From the NCBI RefSeq assembly GCF_044704955.1, contig NC_091980.1:130200001-130264000 (forward strand): a stretch of 64,000 nt of DNA, given 5' to 3'. The position numbers and the translations under genes are program-made. The notes beneath the pieces are model-generated. The model was not told where the DNA came from, did not search any database, and was given only the letters and a program-made list of their open reading frames with translations. Numbering within the stretch: the first letter of the stretch is position 1; each line of letters opens with the position of its first letter. This document shows positions 1 through 15,509 of this stretch, one piece after another. This DNA is from Pristiophorus japonicus (taxonomy: Eukaryota).

Positions 1-3000
1 TTTAAGCATGCCTTGTTTAATGATTTGCATTGCTCTCTCCACCTGGCTGTTGGAGGCTGGCTTGATGTGATTTATGCCGTGGTCAATTATAAAATCTTGG
101 AATTCTGTGCTGGTGAAGACGGACCATTGTCACTGACCAATATGTCAGGGATTCCATGCATTGCAAACGTGGTTGCAAGGTTCTCCAGTGGTGGAGGTTG
201 TGCTCGGGTTTAAAATGGTGCATTCGATCCACTTTGAAAATGCATCTACAACTACGAGGAACATTTTGGCCATGACTGGGCCCGCATAGTCTATGTGCAC
301 CCATGACCACAGTTTGGTAGGCCAGGGCCCAGGGGCTCAAGACCCTCCCTGGGGGCATTGCTGAGCTAGGCACAAATGGTGCACCTTTGTACGCGGAGCT
401 CCAAGTCCACGTCAACACCAGGCCACCAGATGTGGGATCTGGCGATGGCCTTTGAGAATGATCCCCGGGTGCTCTCAGTGCAGCTCCCGGACAAATGCCT
501 CTCCGCCTCGCAGAGGCATGTCTACTTGGCTACCCCACATTAGGCAGTCTGCTTGTAGTGATAGCTCATGCATGCGCCTGTGAAAGGGTTTTAATTCCTC
601 GGGGCAGTCATCACGAGCCAGTCACTGGTTAGGACACATCTTTTTATGAAGGATAGCGTGGGGTCGCTGGCTGTCCAGGCTCTGATTTGGCGAGCCGTCA
701 TTGGCGAATCTGTGGACTCAAAGGCATTGATTGCCATGACTATCTTAGTCCTATTCATCAGACCCTTCCGTGGTCACCAGGGTAGCCTGCTGAGCATGTC
801 GGCAGTTGTCTGCCTTATGGTATATTCGTAGGACACCAACATGAGTGGCCACTGTTGAATTCGCGCTGGGGTGTTAGCGTTTATTGCCTTGCTCTTGGAT
901 AGGAGGGACGTGAGGGGCTTGTGGTTGGTTTCTAACGCGAACTTGGCTCCGGAAAGGTATTGGTGCATCTTTTTGACACCGTACACGTACGCGAGCGCCT
1001 TCTTTACCATTCTGTACCCGCGCTCCACCCGCGAAAGTGACCTGGAGGCATAAGCTATGGGTTGTAATTTGCCCGCAGTATTCACATGCTGCAAAATGCA
1101 CCCGACCCCATACGCTGACGCATCGCATGTGAGAACCAGTTTTTTAAATGGATCAAAGATTCAAAACACTGTTGGAACACAGAAGGTTATGTGCCTTTAT
1201 TGAAGGCGCGTTCCTGGGCGTCCCCCCAAAACCAATCGCACCCCTTCCTGAGCAGCACATGGAGAGGCTCCAGCAGCATGCTCAAGGTCTGCATAAAGTT
1301 CCCAAAGTAATTGAGTAGCCCAAGAAAGGCGTGCAGTTCTGAGACATTCTGGGGCTTGGGTGCCAGGCGAATTGCTTCTGTTTTGGACTCTGTTGTGCAG
1401 ATTCCGTCAGCGGCAATCCTTCTGCCCAAAAATTCAACCTCTGGTGCGAGAAATAGGCACTTGGATTTCTTGACTCGTATGCCTACCTGATCCAACCGCT
1501 TTCGTACTTCCTCCAAATTATGGAGATGGGAGTCTGTGTCCCTGCCCGTGATAAGTATGTCGTCTTGCAATACAACCGTCCCCGGGATAGACTTGAGTAG
1601 ACTCCATGTTGCACTGGAATATGGCAGCTGCCGACCTGATGCTGAATGGGCGTCGATTGTACATGAAAAGGCCTCTGTTAGTTGATGGTGAGTAGCTTGG
1701 ATTCTTTGGTCAATTCTTGCGTCATCTTTACAGAGGTGAGGTCTAGGTTTGAGAAGTTTACCTCCAGCCAATGTGGCAAATAAGTCCTCCACTCTGGGCA
1801 GCGGGTACTGGTCCTGTAGGGAGACTCTGTTTATGGTAGATTTGTAGTCCCCACAGATTCGTACGGATCCATCAGGCTTCATGACTGGGACGATGGGACT
1901 TGCCCAGACGCTAAATTCCACAGGTGATATAATGCCTTTCTGCAGAAGCCCGTCTAGTTCATGTTCAATCTTTTCCCTCATCACACAGGGTACAGCTCTG
2001 GCCTTGTGATGGACCAGTTGAGCATCCTGTGATGTAGATTTTGACTTTGGCACCTTTGAAAGTGCCCACACCTGGCTGAAAGATGTTCAAATTGCTTTAT
2101 AACTGTTGAGCAGGAGGTCTGTCCCTCTAATGACATAGCATGGACATCATCCCATTTCCAGCTTAGTTTGGCCAGCCAGCTTCTCCCCAGCAGTGCTGGG
2201 GGGTCTCTGGGGACAATCCACAGGGGAAGTCTGTTCACTGTCCCTTTGTGTGTGACAGAGAGCATGGCACTGCCGAGGACTAGTATGATTTCTTTGGTAT
2301 AGGTCCTTAGTTTGGTGTCGACCCTTGAGTTTTGGTCTGTCTCTTTTATGCGGCCACAGTTGTTGAAATTGTTGAGGGCCCATGAGAGATTGACTCGCTC
2401 CTGGAGCCAGCTCCATGTTGACGGGTATCCCATTGAGTCGGACCCTCATCATTTACAGGAGGCGTCCTGTTGTAGGAGCAGTGGCCATTGATCGTCTTGA
2501 CCTGCTGTACATCGGTGTCCCGGCTATTGTCCCCAACGTCTTCTGGTCTGCTTTCTGACCCATTCGATTCGTATACCAGCCGAGCTGTTTTTTTGCATAT
2601 GTGGGCCAAATGCCCTGTATATTCACAGTTCCTGCAAACAGCCTGCTGAAATCGACTCCCCCTTGATGAGTGCCCACCCCCACACCTCCAGCACAGACCG
2701 CTTCCATTGTTCCCAAAGAATGAGCTGTGTCTGGCTGATCTCTCGCGCTTCTCTCAGTTTGTAGTTGATTGCTCACATTGTGGGTTGATGTTTGAATGTC
2801 CTTTTTCTGTGGCCCTTGATGGCTTCTGGCACCACTGCCTGCTGTCGAGAGCCTGTTCTCCCAGTTTGGTCTGTGGGGGTAGCAGCTTGTTTAATGCTGT
2901 GAACTTGTTCTGATATTTTGTTAGTTGTACCTGCATTGTAAATCAACCTTGTTTCTTCTACCAAGAATGTCAGCAACCAGTGCTGCTGCCTCTAAGGTCA

Positions 3001-3713
3001 AGTTCTTGGTCTCTGAGCTTTCGGAATATGCCTGCTTGGCCTATTCCTTCAATGAAAAGTCTCTCAGCATTTCTCTCCTCAGTTCATCGGAGAACTCGCA
3101 TACTAGCCAACCTCAAGTTCTGCAACAAAGTTGTGTATGCTCTGTCCCACACAGCGTCTGTAGTTGTAGAACCTGTGTCTGGCCATGTTTAGGCTGCTCG
3201 CTAGGTTCAGGTGGTCTCTTATCAGTGTGCTCAATTCTTCAAATGACTGACTTGCTGGTTTCTTGGGTGCCAGCAGATCCTTCATTAAAGCATATGTTTT
3301 CGAGCCATAGCTGGTCAAGAGATGAGCTCTTCTCTTGTCTGCTTTGTTGTCTCCTAACCAGTCTTTGATTACAAAGCTTTGCTGGAGCCTTTCTATAAAT
3401 CCCTCCCAATTATCTCCAGCATTGTACTTTTCATCTGATCCGTTGTTTGCCATTCTGTAATCCCGTAACTTGTCGCCACTGTAAAGTCCTGTCCCCTCAG
3501 TACAGATTCTCACAAAGCATGTTGTGAAGTCCAGGTCACTCTGGACCTGTACCTTTTTATTTCACAGCTCTCGAATGCTGCACTTGCCTGAGACCTGTCT
3601 CTTGCAAGTGCACCCCTGGTGGTAAGGTATGCTGGTGGTTACAGGTCATATCTTATCAGTCATGTATAGTATGTTAGGATACAGTTATATATAATAATGT
3701 AAGATATATGACA
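1..3713 (-). mobile_element. Decayed Ty3/Gypsy LTR retrotransposon (5' LTR, gag, protease, RT, RNase H, start of integrase); runs off the left edge; sits in intron 2 of ferritin copy A
   Basis: LTR 3480-3713 (minus strand TGTCAT...TTTACA) followed by PBS-like TGGCGACA (3471-3478). Minus-strand ORFs: gag-like MANNGSDEKYNAGDNWEGFIERL (3103-3513); protease-like VNMELAPGASQS (2147-2452); RT WASPIVPVMKPDGSVRICGDYK...QDDILITG...FLGLLNYF (1187-2071); RNase H PIAYASRSLS...ETNHKPL (774-1094). Many frameshifts. Confidence 0.93.
3480..3713 (-). repeat. 5' LTR of the Gypsy element
   Basis: TGT...ACA termini, minus-strand AATAAA (tttatt near 3556), adjacent PBS-like motif. Confidence 0.75.
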
Positions 3714-3828
3714 CCTTAAATGGACTAAGGTCACTACAGTTAAAGTACAATACATTGCCTTGTGGAGTCATTATCAGAGCATCTAAAGACAAAAAAAATA
3801 CTTTGTTTAATCTGATTTTCCTCTTCAG

Positions 3829-4417
<589 letters not shown>

Positions 4418-4979
4418 TCAGTACTTGTGTTTATACAATATGTGTGAGACTCTGTCCTACATAGAATGGTGGCTTTGTACAGGCTGAGGCCTGGGCTCTT
4501 GATGTGAAATGTAATCAACTGTAAATAAACTGTTCAACATTGGACTGGGTTTTGTCTCCTTGCAATTAGTGGTTGCTTATTTTCCATTGACCATAACTTG
4601 TTTGCAGCACAAGTATTGCACTCGGTTATGCAACAATCATACATTGGCCTCCTGTGCTGTCACCACTCAGCTGGCTCTCCAAGTACACTTCAGCTAGTCC
4701 TACTCCCTTGCATTTTCCCTATAGCCCTGCAATGTTTTTCCTTCATGTACTTGTTCAATCCTATGATTGAAACTGCTTTCACCACCGTCTCAGGCAGTGC
4801 AATCCAGATATTAACCACTCACTGCATAAAAGTTTATCCTCATGTCAGCTGTGGTACTTCTGCCAATTGTCTTAAATTTGTGTCTGCAGGTTCTCATCCC
4901 TTCTGCCAGTGTGAACAGTCCTATAATTTTGCTCTTTGCTGGGATAATTTCAATATATTGACATTTTATATTCACAAAA

Positions 4980-6850
4980 GCATAAATAGGAGCAGTCGTC
5001 GCCCATTTGGTCCTTTAAAGTCTGCACCGCCATTTAATATGATAATAACTGATCCTTTACCACCACCATGTTCATGCTTTTACCCCATAGCCCTTGATGC
5101 CTTTTGAATCAAGATAACTCATCTCCTTCTTAAATATATTCAGCAACTGGGCTCCACTGCCTTCTGTAGTCAACAGTTCCTCAGCTTCCCCATCCTGACT
5201 GAAAACATTTCTCATCTCAGCGCTAAATTTCCTACCGCATATCCTGAACCTGTGACCTTTTATTCTCAACTTCCCAGCCAGGGGGTACTTCCTCCCCACA
5301 TCCAATCTCCAAACCAGTCTGAATTTGATGATTCAATAAGATCCCCTTTCACTCTTGTGAATACAGGCCTGGTCAAGCCATTCTCTCTTCGTACGACAAT
5401 CTTTCCATCCAAGGAATCAGTCTGGTGGAACTTCGCTGTACTCTTTCTTGGTTAAGGAGACCCAAAACTGTGCACAATACACCAGGTGTAATTTCACCAA
5501 GGCTGTGTATAATTGTAAGACATCCTTGCTCCTGTACTGTGGAAAAATTGTAAATATTACATTTGGTTTCCTCCTCCAAATCTATTTATGTGACTAGCTG
5601 GGGCCCAAGCACTGATCCCTGTGGTATCCCACTCGTCACTACCCACCACCAAGGCAAAGACCTGTTTAGTCCGACTCGGTTTTCTATCAATTAACCAATT
5701 TTCAATCCATGGCAGTATATTACCCCCAATTCTATGTGCTTTAATTTTGCACACTAACCTCTTGTGGGACTTTATCAAAGGCCTTCTGAAAATCCAAATA
5801 CATGACATCCACTGGTTCTCCCTTATCTAATCTCAGTTACATCCTCAAAAATCTCCAGTAGGTTTGTCAAACACTATGTTCTTTTCATAAATCCATATTG
5901 ACTTTATCTAATCCTGTTGATTTTTTTCAAAGTGTCCCTTTATCACATTTTACTAATGTTAGGCTAACCAGGCTGCAGTTACCTGTTTTCTTTCTCCTTC
6001 CTTTTTAAAATAGTGGAGTTACATTTGCCACACTCCATTCTGTGGCAACAGTACCATAATCTGTAGAAATTTGGAAGATGATAACCAATGCATCCACTAT
6101 TTCCATGGCTACCACTTTTATTCCTCTGGGATGCAGATTATCAGGCCCTGGGGATTTATCAGCTTTCAGTCCCATTAGTTTCTCCAGCAGTATTTTGTTC
6201 CTAATCATTCCCTTTAATTTCTCTTGCTCACTGGACCCTTAGTTCCCTAGCATTTCTGGGATGTTATTTGTGTCCTCTTCTGTGAAGACAGAACCAAAGT
6301 ATTCAATTGTTCTGCCATTTCCTTGTTCCCCATTATAAATTATCCCATTTGTGACTGTAAAGGACCTACATTTGTCTTCATTAATCTTTTCCTTATTACA
6401 TACTGGGAGAAACTTTTACAGTCGGTTTTTATGATCCTTGCAAGTTTAGTCTCATACCCTATTTTCCCCCTCTTAAACAATCTCTTGGTCCTTTTTTGCT
6501 GAATACTAAACTGCTCCCAATCCTCAGGATTGCTACTTGTTCTGGCAACTTTATGACTTCTCTTTGGATTTAATACTATCCTTAATTTCTTGTGTAAACC
6601 ATGGTTGGGCCACTTTTCCTTTTGTGTTTTTGCAGCAGAAAGGAATGTATAATTGTTGCAATTCATGCATTTGTTCCTTAAATGTTAGCCATTGACTATC
6701 CACCATTCTGCCTTTTAATGACTCTTACCAATCACTTTCAATCTTCATGAAGAATTCCATCATGTTATCATTCTTCCCTTAAGGACCCTGCACAAAAAGA
6801 ATATTAATTAACCCCTTCTCATTGCACAATACCCAATCTACGATAGCTAT
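4980..6850 (-). mobile_element. CR1-type LINE ORF2 remnant
   Basis: Minus-strand fragments LKADKSPGPDNLHPR, WSVANVTPLF, HKRLVCKIKAH..IGGNILPWIENWL, KAKVAQPWF-like; fragmented. Confidence 0.85.
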
Positions 6851-6888
6851 TCAGACAAGTTGAAGACCTAATTTCAATTATACGTATA

Positions 6889-7093
6889 TGTAACATTTCA
6901 AAAATCTGGTTACTGTAAACTCACTCAGGTGCAACCTCATCCATCTTTATTCCAGCCCAAGAGTGCCAGTGTGACAAAGACACCCAGCTTTTATACAGGT
7001 GATCAAGCACACATGCCACATGTGTACAACTCGATGATCTCCGACCGCGGCGCCCTCTGGTGTCTTGTGACTTCCAAGCATTAATACGTAAGA
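6889..7093 (-). mobile_element. Solo LTR with 5-bp TSD GTATA
   Basis: gtata|TGTAAC...taaga|gtata; minus-strand TATA and AATAAA; paralogous copies at 9523, 31236 and 59721. Confidence 0.7.
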
Positions 7094-7544
7094 GTATATC
7101 TTGCCAATTCTATTCATGCATTTCAATCTAGCGTTGCAATGCTGTAATATAACACATGAAAATGTTCACATTTGTTCAGCCACATAAGGCAGTGGGACCA
7201 CAGATACATTTTAGTGTCTTAACGGAGGCAGAGAGGTTTACATAACATTCGTGTGCCATTTAGCACCTCGAGCCTGTTCTGCCATTCAGTAAAATCATGA
7301 CTGGTCTGATCTTGGTCTCAACACTTTCCTGCCTGTTCCCCATAACCCTTGACTCCCTTATTGTTCAAAAATATATCTATCTCCACCTTAAATGTATTCA
7401 ATGACCCTGCCTCCACACACACACACACACACACACAGACAGATTGTGTCTGGTGGTTCTCGTCCCTTCTGCCAGTGTGAACAGTCCTATAATTTTGCTC
7501 TTTGCTGGGATAATTTCAATATATTGACAGTTAAATTCACAAAA

Positions 7545-9490
7545 ACATAAGAGCAGTCGTTGTCCATTTGGTTCTTTAAAGACTGCACCACCATTAAATA
7601 TGATCATAACTGATCCTTTACCACCATGTTCATGCTTTTACTCCATAGCCCTTGATGCCTTTTGTATCAAGATATCGTATCTCCTTCTTAAATATATTCA
7701 GCAATTTGGCTCCACTGCCTTCTGTAGTCAACAGTTTCCCAGCTTCCCCATCGTGAGTGAAAACATTTCTCATTTCAGTACTAAATTTCCTACTGCATAT
7801 TTTGAGCCTGTGACTTTTTATTCTCAACTTCCCAGCCAGGTGGTACTTTCTCCCCATATCCAATCTCTCCAACCCAGTCTGAATTTTATGATTTAATAAG
7901 ATCCCCTTTCACTCTTGTGAATACAGGCCTGGTCAAGCCATTCTCTCTTCATACGACAATCTTTCCATCCAAGGAATCAGTCTGGTGGAACTTCGCTGCG
8001 CTCTTAAGGAGACCCAAAACTGTGCACAATACACCAGGTGCAGTTTCACCAAGGCCATGTATAATTGTAGTAAGACATCCTTGCTCCTGTACTGTGGAAA
8101 AATTGTAAATATTACATTTGGTTTCCTCCTCCAAATCGATTTATGTGATTAGCTGGGGCCCAAGTACCGATCCCTGTGGTATCCCACTAGTCACTACTCA
8201 CCACCCAGGAAATGGCCTGTTTATTCCGACTGTTTTCTATCAATTAACCAATTTTCAATCCATGGCAGTATATTACCCCCAATCCCATGTGCTTTAATTT
8301 TGCACACTAACCTCTTGTGGGACTTTATCAAAGGCCTTCTGAAAATCCAAATATACGACATCCACTCGTTCTCCCTTATCGAATCTGTTACATCCTCGAA
8401 AAAAAACTCCAGTAGGTTTGTCAAACAATTTTCTTTTCATAAATCCATATTGACTTTGTCAAAACCCGTTGATAGTTTCTAAGTGTCCCTTTATCACATT
8501 CTACTAATGTTAGGATAACCGGGCTACAGTTACCTGTTGTCTTTCTCCTTCCTTTTTAAAATAGTGGGGTTACATTTGCCACCCTCCATTCTGCGGCAAC
8601 AGTACCAGAATCTGTAGAAATTTGGACGATGATAACCAATGCATCCACTATTTCCATGGCTACCACTTTTAGTCCTCTGGGATGCAGATTATCAGGCCCT
8701 GGGGATTTATCAGCTTTCAGTCCCATTAGTTTCTCCAGCACTATTTTCTGGCTAATAATCATTACCTTTAATTTCTCTTGCTCACTAGACCCTTAGTTCC
8801 CTAGCATTTCTGGGATGTTATTTGTGTCCTCTTCTGTGAAGACAGAACCAAAGTATTTAATTGTTCTGCCATTTCCTTGTTCCCCATTATAAATTATCCC
8901 ATTTGTGACTGAAAAGGACCTACATTTGTCTTCACTAATCTTTTTCTTTTTACTTACTGGGAGAAACTTTTACAGTCGGTTTTTATGATCCTTGCAAGTT
9001 TAGTCTCATACACAATTTTCCCCCTCTTAAACAATCTCTTGGTCCTTTTTTGCTGAATACGAAATTGCTCCCAATCCTCAGGATTGCTACTTGTTCTGGC
9101 AACTTTGTATGACTCCTCTTTGGATCTAATACTATCCTTATATTCTTGTGTAAACCATGGTTGGGCCACTTTTCCTTTTGTGTTTTTGCAGCAGAAAGGA
9201 ATGTATAATTGTTGCAATTCATGCATTCGTTACTTAAATGTTAGCCATTGACTATCCACCATCATGCCTTTTAATGACTCTTCCCAATCTATCATAGCCA
9301 TTCCTCATACCTTCGTAGTTTCCTCTGTTTAGATTTAGGACCTAGTTTTGGATTGGACAACTTCACTTTCAGTCTTCATGAAGAATTCAATCATGTTATG
9401 ATCATTCTTCCCGAAAGGACCCCGCAGAAAAAGACTATTAATTAACCCCTTCTCATTGTACAATACCCAATCTACGATAGCTATTCAGAC
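7545..9490 (-). mobile_element. CR1-type LINE ORF2 remnant (duplicate)
   Basis: Same motifs as 4980-6850 (ORFs 8221-8424, 8556-8762, 8954-9226). Confidence 0.85.
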
Positions 9491-9522
9491 ATGTTGAAGA
9501 CCTAATTTCAATTGTACGTATC

Positions 9523-9727
9523 TGTAACGACTCAAAAATCTGGTTACTGTAAACTCACTCAGGTGCAACATCATCCATCTTTATTCCAGCCCAAGAGTGC
9601 CAGTGTGACAAAGACACCCAGCTTAAATACAGATGATCAAGCACACATGCCACGTGTGTACAGCCCGATGATCTCCGACCGCGGCGCCCTCTGGTGTCTT
9701 GTGACTCCCAAGCATTAATACATAAGA
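9523..9727 (-). mobile_element. Solo LTR (duplicate of 6889-7093)
   Basis: TGTAACGACTC...cataaga with degenerate TSD gtatc/gaata. Confidence 0.68.
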
Positions 9728-10080
9728 GAATATCTTGCAAATTCTATTCATGCATTTCAATCTAGCGTTGCAACGCTGTAATACAACAAGTGAAAATGTT
9801 CACGTTTGTTCAGCCACATAAGGCAGTGGGACCACAGGTACATTTTAGTGTCTTAAAGGAGGCAGAGAGGTTTACATAATAACATGCTATGCCATTTGGC
9901 ACCTCGAGCCATTCAGTAAAATCATGACTGGTCTGATCTTGGTCTCAGCACTTTCCTGCCTGTTCCCCATAACCCTTGACTCCCCTGTTGTTCAAAAATC
10001 TATCTGTCTCCACCTTAAATGTATTCAATGACCCTGCCTCCACAGACGCACACATACACGCACACACACACAGACACACA

Positions 10081-10300
10081 CAGTACTGAGTGAGTGCCGC
10101 ACTGTCAGAGGGGCAGTACTGAGGGATTGCCGCACTGTTCGAAGGGCAGTACTGAGTGAGCACCACACTGTCGGAGGGGCAGTACTGAGGGAGCGCTACA
10201 CTGTCAGAGGGGCAATACTCACAAGATTCTGCACTATCGGAGGGGCAGCACTAAGGGATTGCCACACTGTCTGAAGGGCAGTTCTGAGGGATTGTTGTAC
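10081..10300 (+). repeat. About 32-bp minisatellite (cagtactgagggagtgccgcactgtcagagggg) derived from a Deu-type SINE body
   Basis: About 7 degenerate units directly after a (CA)n tract; same array at 31783 and 60278. Confidence 0.85.
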
Positions 10301-10969
10301 AATCTCATGTTTGATACAGGTGGGTCAACTGTGCTCATTGGTGACATCTCCCCCGAAAGGGTAGTGCCTGTGGTGTGATTGGTGGCTCCGGATCTGAATC
10401 ACTGCCGCACTCTCTGCCCTATCTAAAGCAGAGTTCTAATCCAAGGGAACACCTCTCATCAGCTCATCCAGGACTGAACCACTTCTGCACTGAAACCAGA
10501 CGTCATGGCTTTGAATCTCCGGGATACACCAGCATGAAAGGTCAATGACCAGAGGGGAGAGATGAGGACGATTATTTTAACGCAGCGAGTCATTGTGATC
10601 CGGAACGCGCTGCCTGAAAGGACGGTGGAATCAGATTCAACAGTAACTTTGAAGAGGGAATTGCATATATACTTGACAAAAGTTGCAGGGCTATGGGGAA
10701 GGAGCTGAGGAGTGGGACTAATTGGATCACTCTTTTAAAGTGCCTGCACAGGCACGATGGGCCGAATAGCCTCTTTCTGTGCTGATAGAATCTATGATGA
10801 GCCAGACAGTTAGAGCATATCTGAGCCTCATCATTTCAATCAGATTTAAATATTCTTTCGCCTCACTGAAAACCGACTGTAAAAGGACACGTCTAACACA
10901 TCAAATTGAGGGGCAGGAAAAGATCAGCTGGTCCATCAAGCCTGCCCCAAAACATTCCGGAGCAAATCA

Positions 10970-11335
10970 TAGAATCATAGAATGGGTACAGCACAGAGGG
11001 AGGCCTATCGGCCCGTCGAGCCCATGCCCGCTCTCTGCAAGAGCACTTCAGCTAGTCCCACTCCCCCGCCCTGCCCCCACAACCCTGCTATTAATTTTTC
11101 CTTCATGTACTTATCTAATTCCCTTTTGAAAGCCACGATTGAGTCTACCCCCAATACCCTCTCGGGCATTGCATTCCAGATCCCAACCACTCGCTGTGTA
11201 AACATGTCGCCTTTGGTTCTTTTGCCAGTCACTTTAAATCTGTGTCCTCTGGTTCTCGACCCTTCTGCCAATGGGAACTGTTCCTGTCTATCGACTCTGT
11301 CCAGACACCTCATGATTTTGAATCCCTCTATCAAA
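10970..11335 (-). mobile_element. CR1-type LINE 3' end
   Basis: ORF 11005-11334 LDRVDRQEQFPLAEGSRTRGHRFKV...FTQRVVGIWNAMP...FKRELDKY and (CATAGAAT)n tail; paralogues near 41230 and 61222. An opposite-strand CR1 3' end lies at about 10545-10797. Confidence 0.8.
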
Positions 11336-11804
11336 TGGAGATGTGGGTGACAATGTGTTCAGTAATGTTCACTCCCTCTCATTTTCACTCAATATATTGA
11401 ATTTTATCAGGCATCATTCCATGAGAATAAAAATGACACATCGTTGATGCCCCCATGTAGCCAATCCTCAGACACATGCCCATTCTCTATATTCGAACTG
11501 GGGGAAGTTCACACCACCCACAAGATGGAATTCCCATTCCACTGGCCAATGCTTGGTTTGTAAATGCACCAAGACGACTTGATTGCTTTGAATATTGTCT
11601 CAGTGCCACAGAAACTTGCAAGTAACAAACTTCGCCAGATTATGAAAAACCCCTTTGGCGAAAGTAGAAAATTATAATTTCATTCAAGTGAGAGCGTTAA
11701 ACAACGGCACACTTTCAGATTTGAAGACGTTCAAGGAATCCAAAGGCGGTGACATCACCAAGACTGATCTCCCCCAGCACCCTACCGCAAATCCCCTCTC
11801 CTTT

Positions 11805-11916
11805 GTTAATTGGTGCCTCAATTCAGGGAAGATTCTTGATTGGCTCTGAGGGATTGTCAATCATCATTAGTGATGTCATACCCTGTTTGAATGCAGCTGT
11901 TCTAATAGTATAAATA
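11805..11916 (+). promoter_or_regulatory. Core promoter of ferritin copy B: two inverted CCAAT boxes, CRE-like site, TATA box
   Basis: ATTGG at 11809 and 11839, TGATGTCA at 11871, TATAAATA 11909-11916, about 70 nt upstream of the ATG; conserved before copies E and G. Confidence 0.65.
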
Positions 11917-11984
11917 CAGGAGCTTGTGCAAGACAGAGTGAGATCCAGAATTGTGCAGAGAATAGTGAAATATAGTTAGTGAAG

Positions 11985-14515
<2,531 letters not shown>

Positions 14516-15509
14516 ACTGACTGATGGGATCAAGATTATTATACTTGGTCCTTGTATTTATATAATCAGACCCCTGTTCTGAGGGAATTATGCCTTGTGA
14601 CTTTGTGTAAAGAGCTGAGACCTGTCACTGAATAAATGGAAATGCTGGAGTGTGCTTTCAGTTTGAGTGGTTGCTCATTTTTCATTTTACTTAACTTGGT
14701 TTACATCAAACAAGAATTATGTTGATCTGAGGAACAGTTATGAGATTCAGTCCTATGAAATGTGTTTATTCTCTAGTGTAATGTTGCTATATTGACTAGG
14801 ATATGCAGGCACCTGTTGTAAGATCTAAAATGTTCAAGGGTGTGGTCAGATAACTGACCACCCCATGGGATATTGGCCCAGTGACAAAAAGCATGATTGG
14901 AGGTATGTATTAAGATGTTTAAGGAGGGATCTCCAGAGCTGGGGACTTAAGCTACATAAAATTGACTGTTCCTGCTATCTCCCCTTGCATAAATGACAAT
15001 TCAATCCAACAAGAAACAGGGGGCCGATTTGCCATTAAATCATTGTTGCACCATTTCAATCCAGTGAAGAAAAAGTCCTGGATTAGCTTCCTATTTTGTG
15101 TATCTGTCTTGTGAAGTTGTTGTTGTGTAGCTGCACTAGATCCTGTTCAGTTATCCATGTAGTTAAGTAATGTGATTCACCACTGCTGCTGTAGCCTTTC
15201 TGTTAAGCTTTGTCGGCAGACAAGCAATGTCTCAGCTCATGGAACTCTGCCCACTACAATTGGGCGAGGAGGGAAAGCAACAAGTGATATCAGCTTGCTG
15301 TCACAGCTTCATTGGTTAGTGCGGATACCCTAGTGGGTGTGATTCCTTGTGTTTATCGAGCTTCTCCTTAAATGTATCTATACACTTGGCATTCAGAATT
15401 ATTACTGCGGGTAGCTCAGTAAATGCACTGCTGCTGCAGATTTTGTGTTCAAATGTGTGCGCAATGAAGTGAGTAACAGCTATCGACATCAGCAATGTCT
15501 GAGCTCAAG

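Larger units (their letters stand above)
4878..10080 (+). repeat. Local tandem duplication of about 2.57-2.64 kb (4878-7443 and 7444-10080)
   Basis: ttgtgtctg..ggttctc.tcccttctgccagtgtgaacagtcctataattttgctc occurs at 4878 and 7444. Both copies end in a (CA)n tract and contain the same CR1 piece and solo LTR. Confidence 0.9.
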
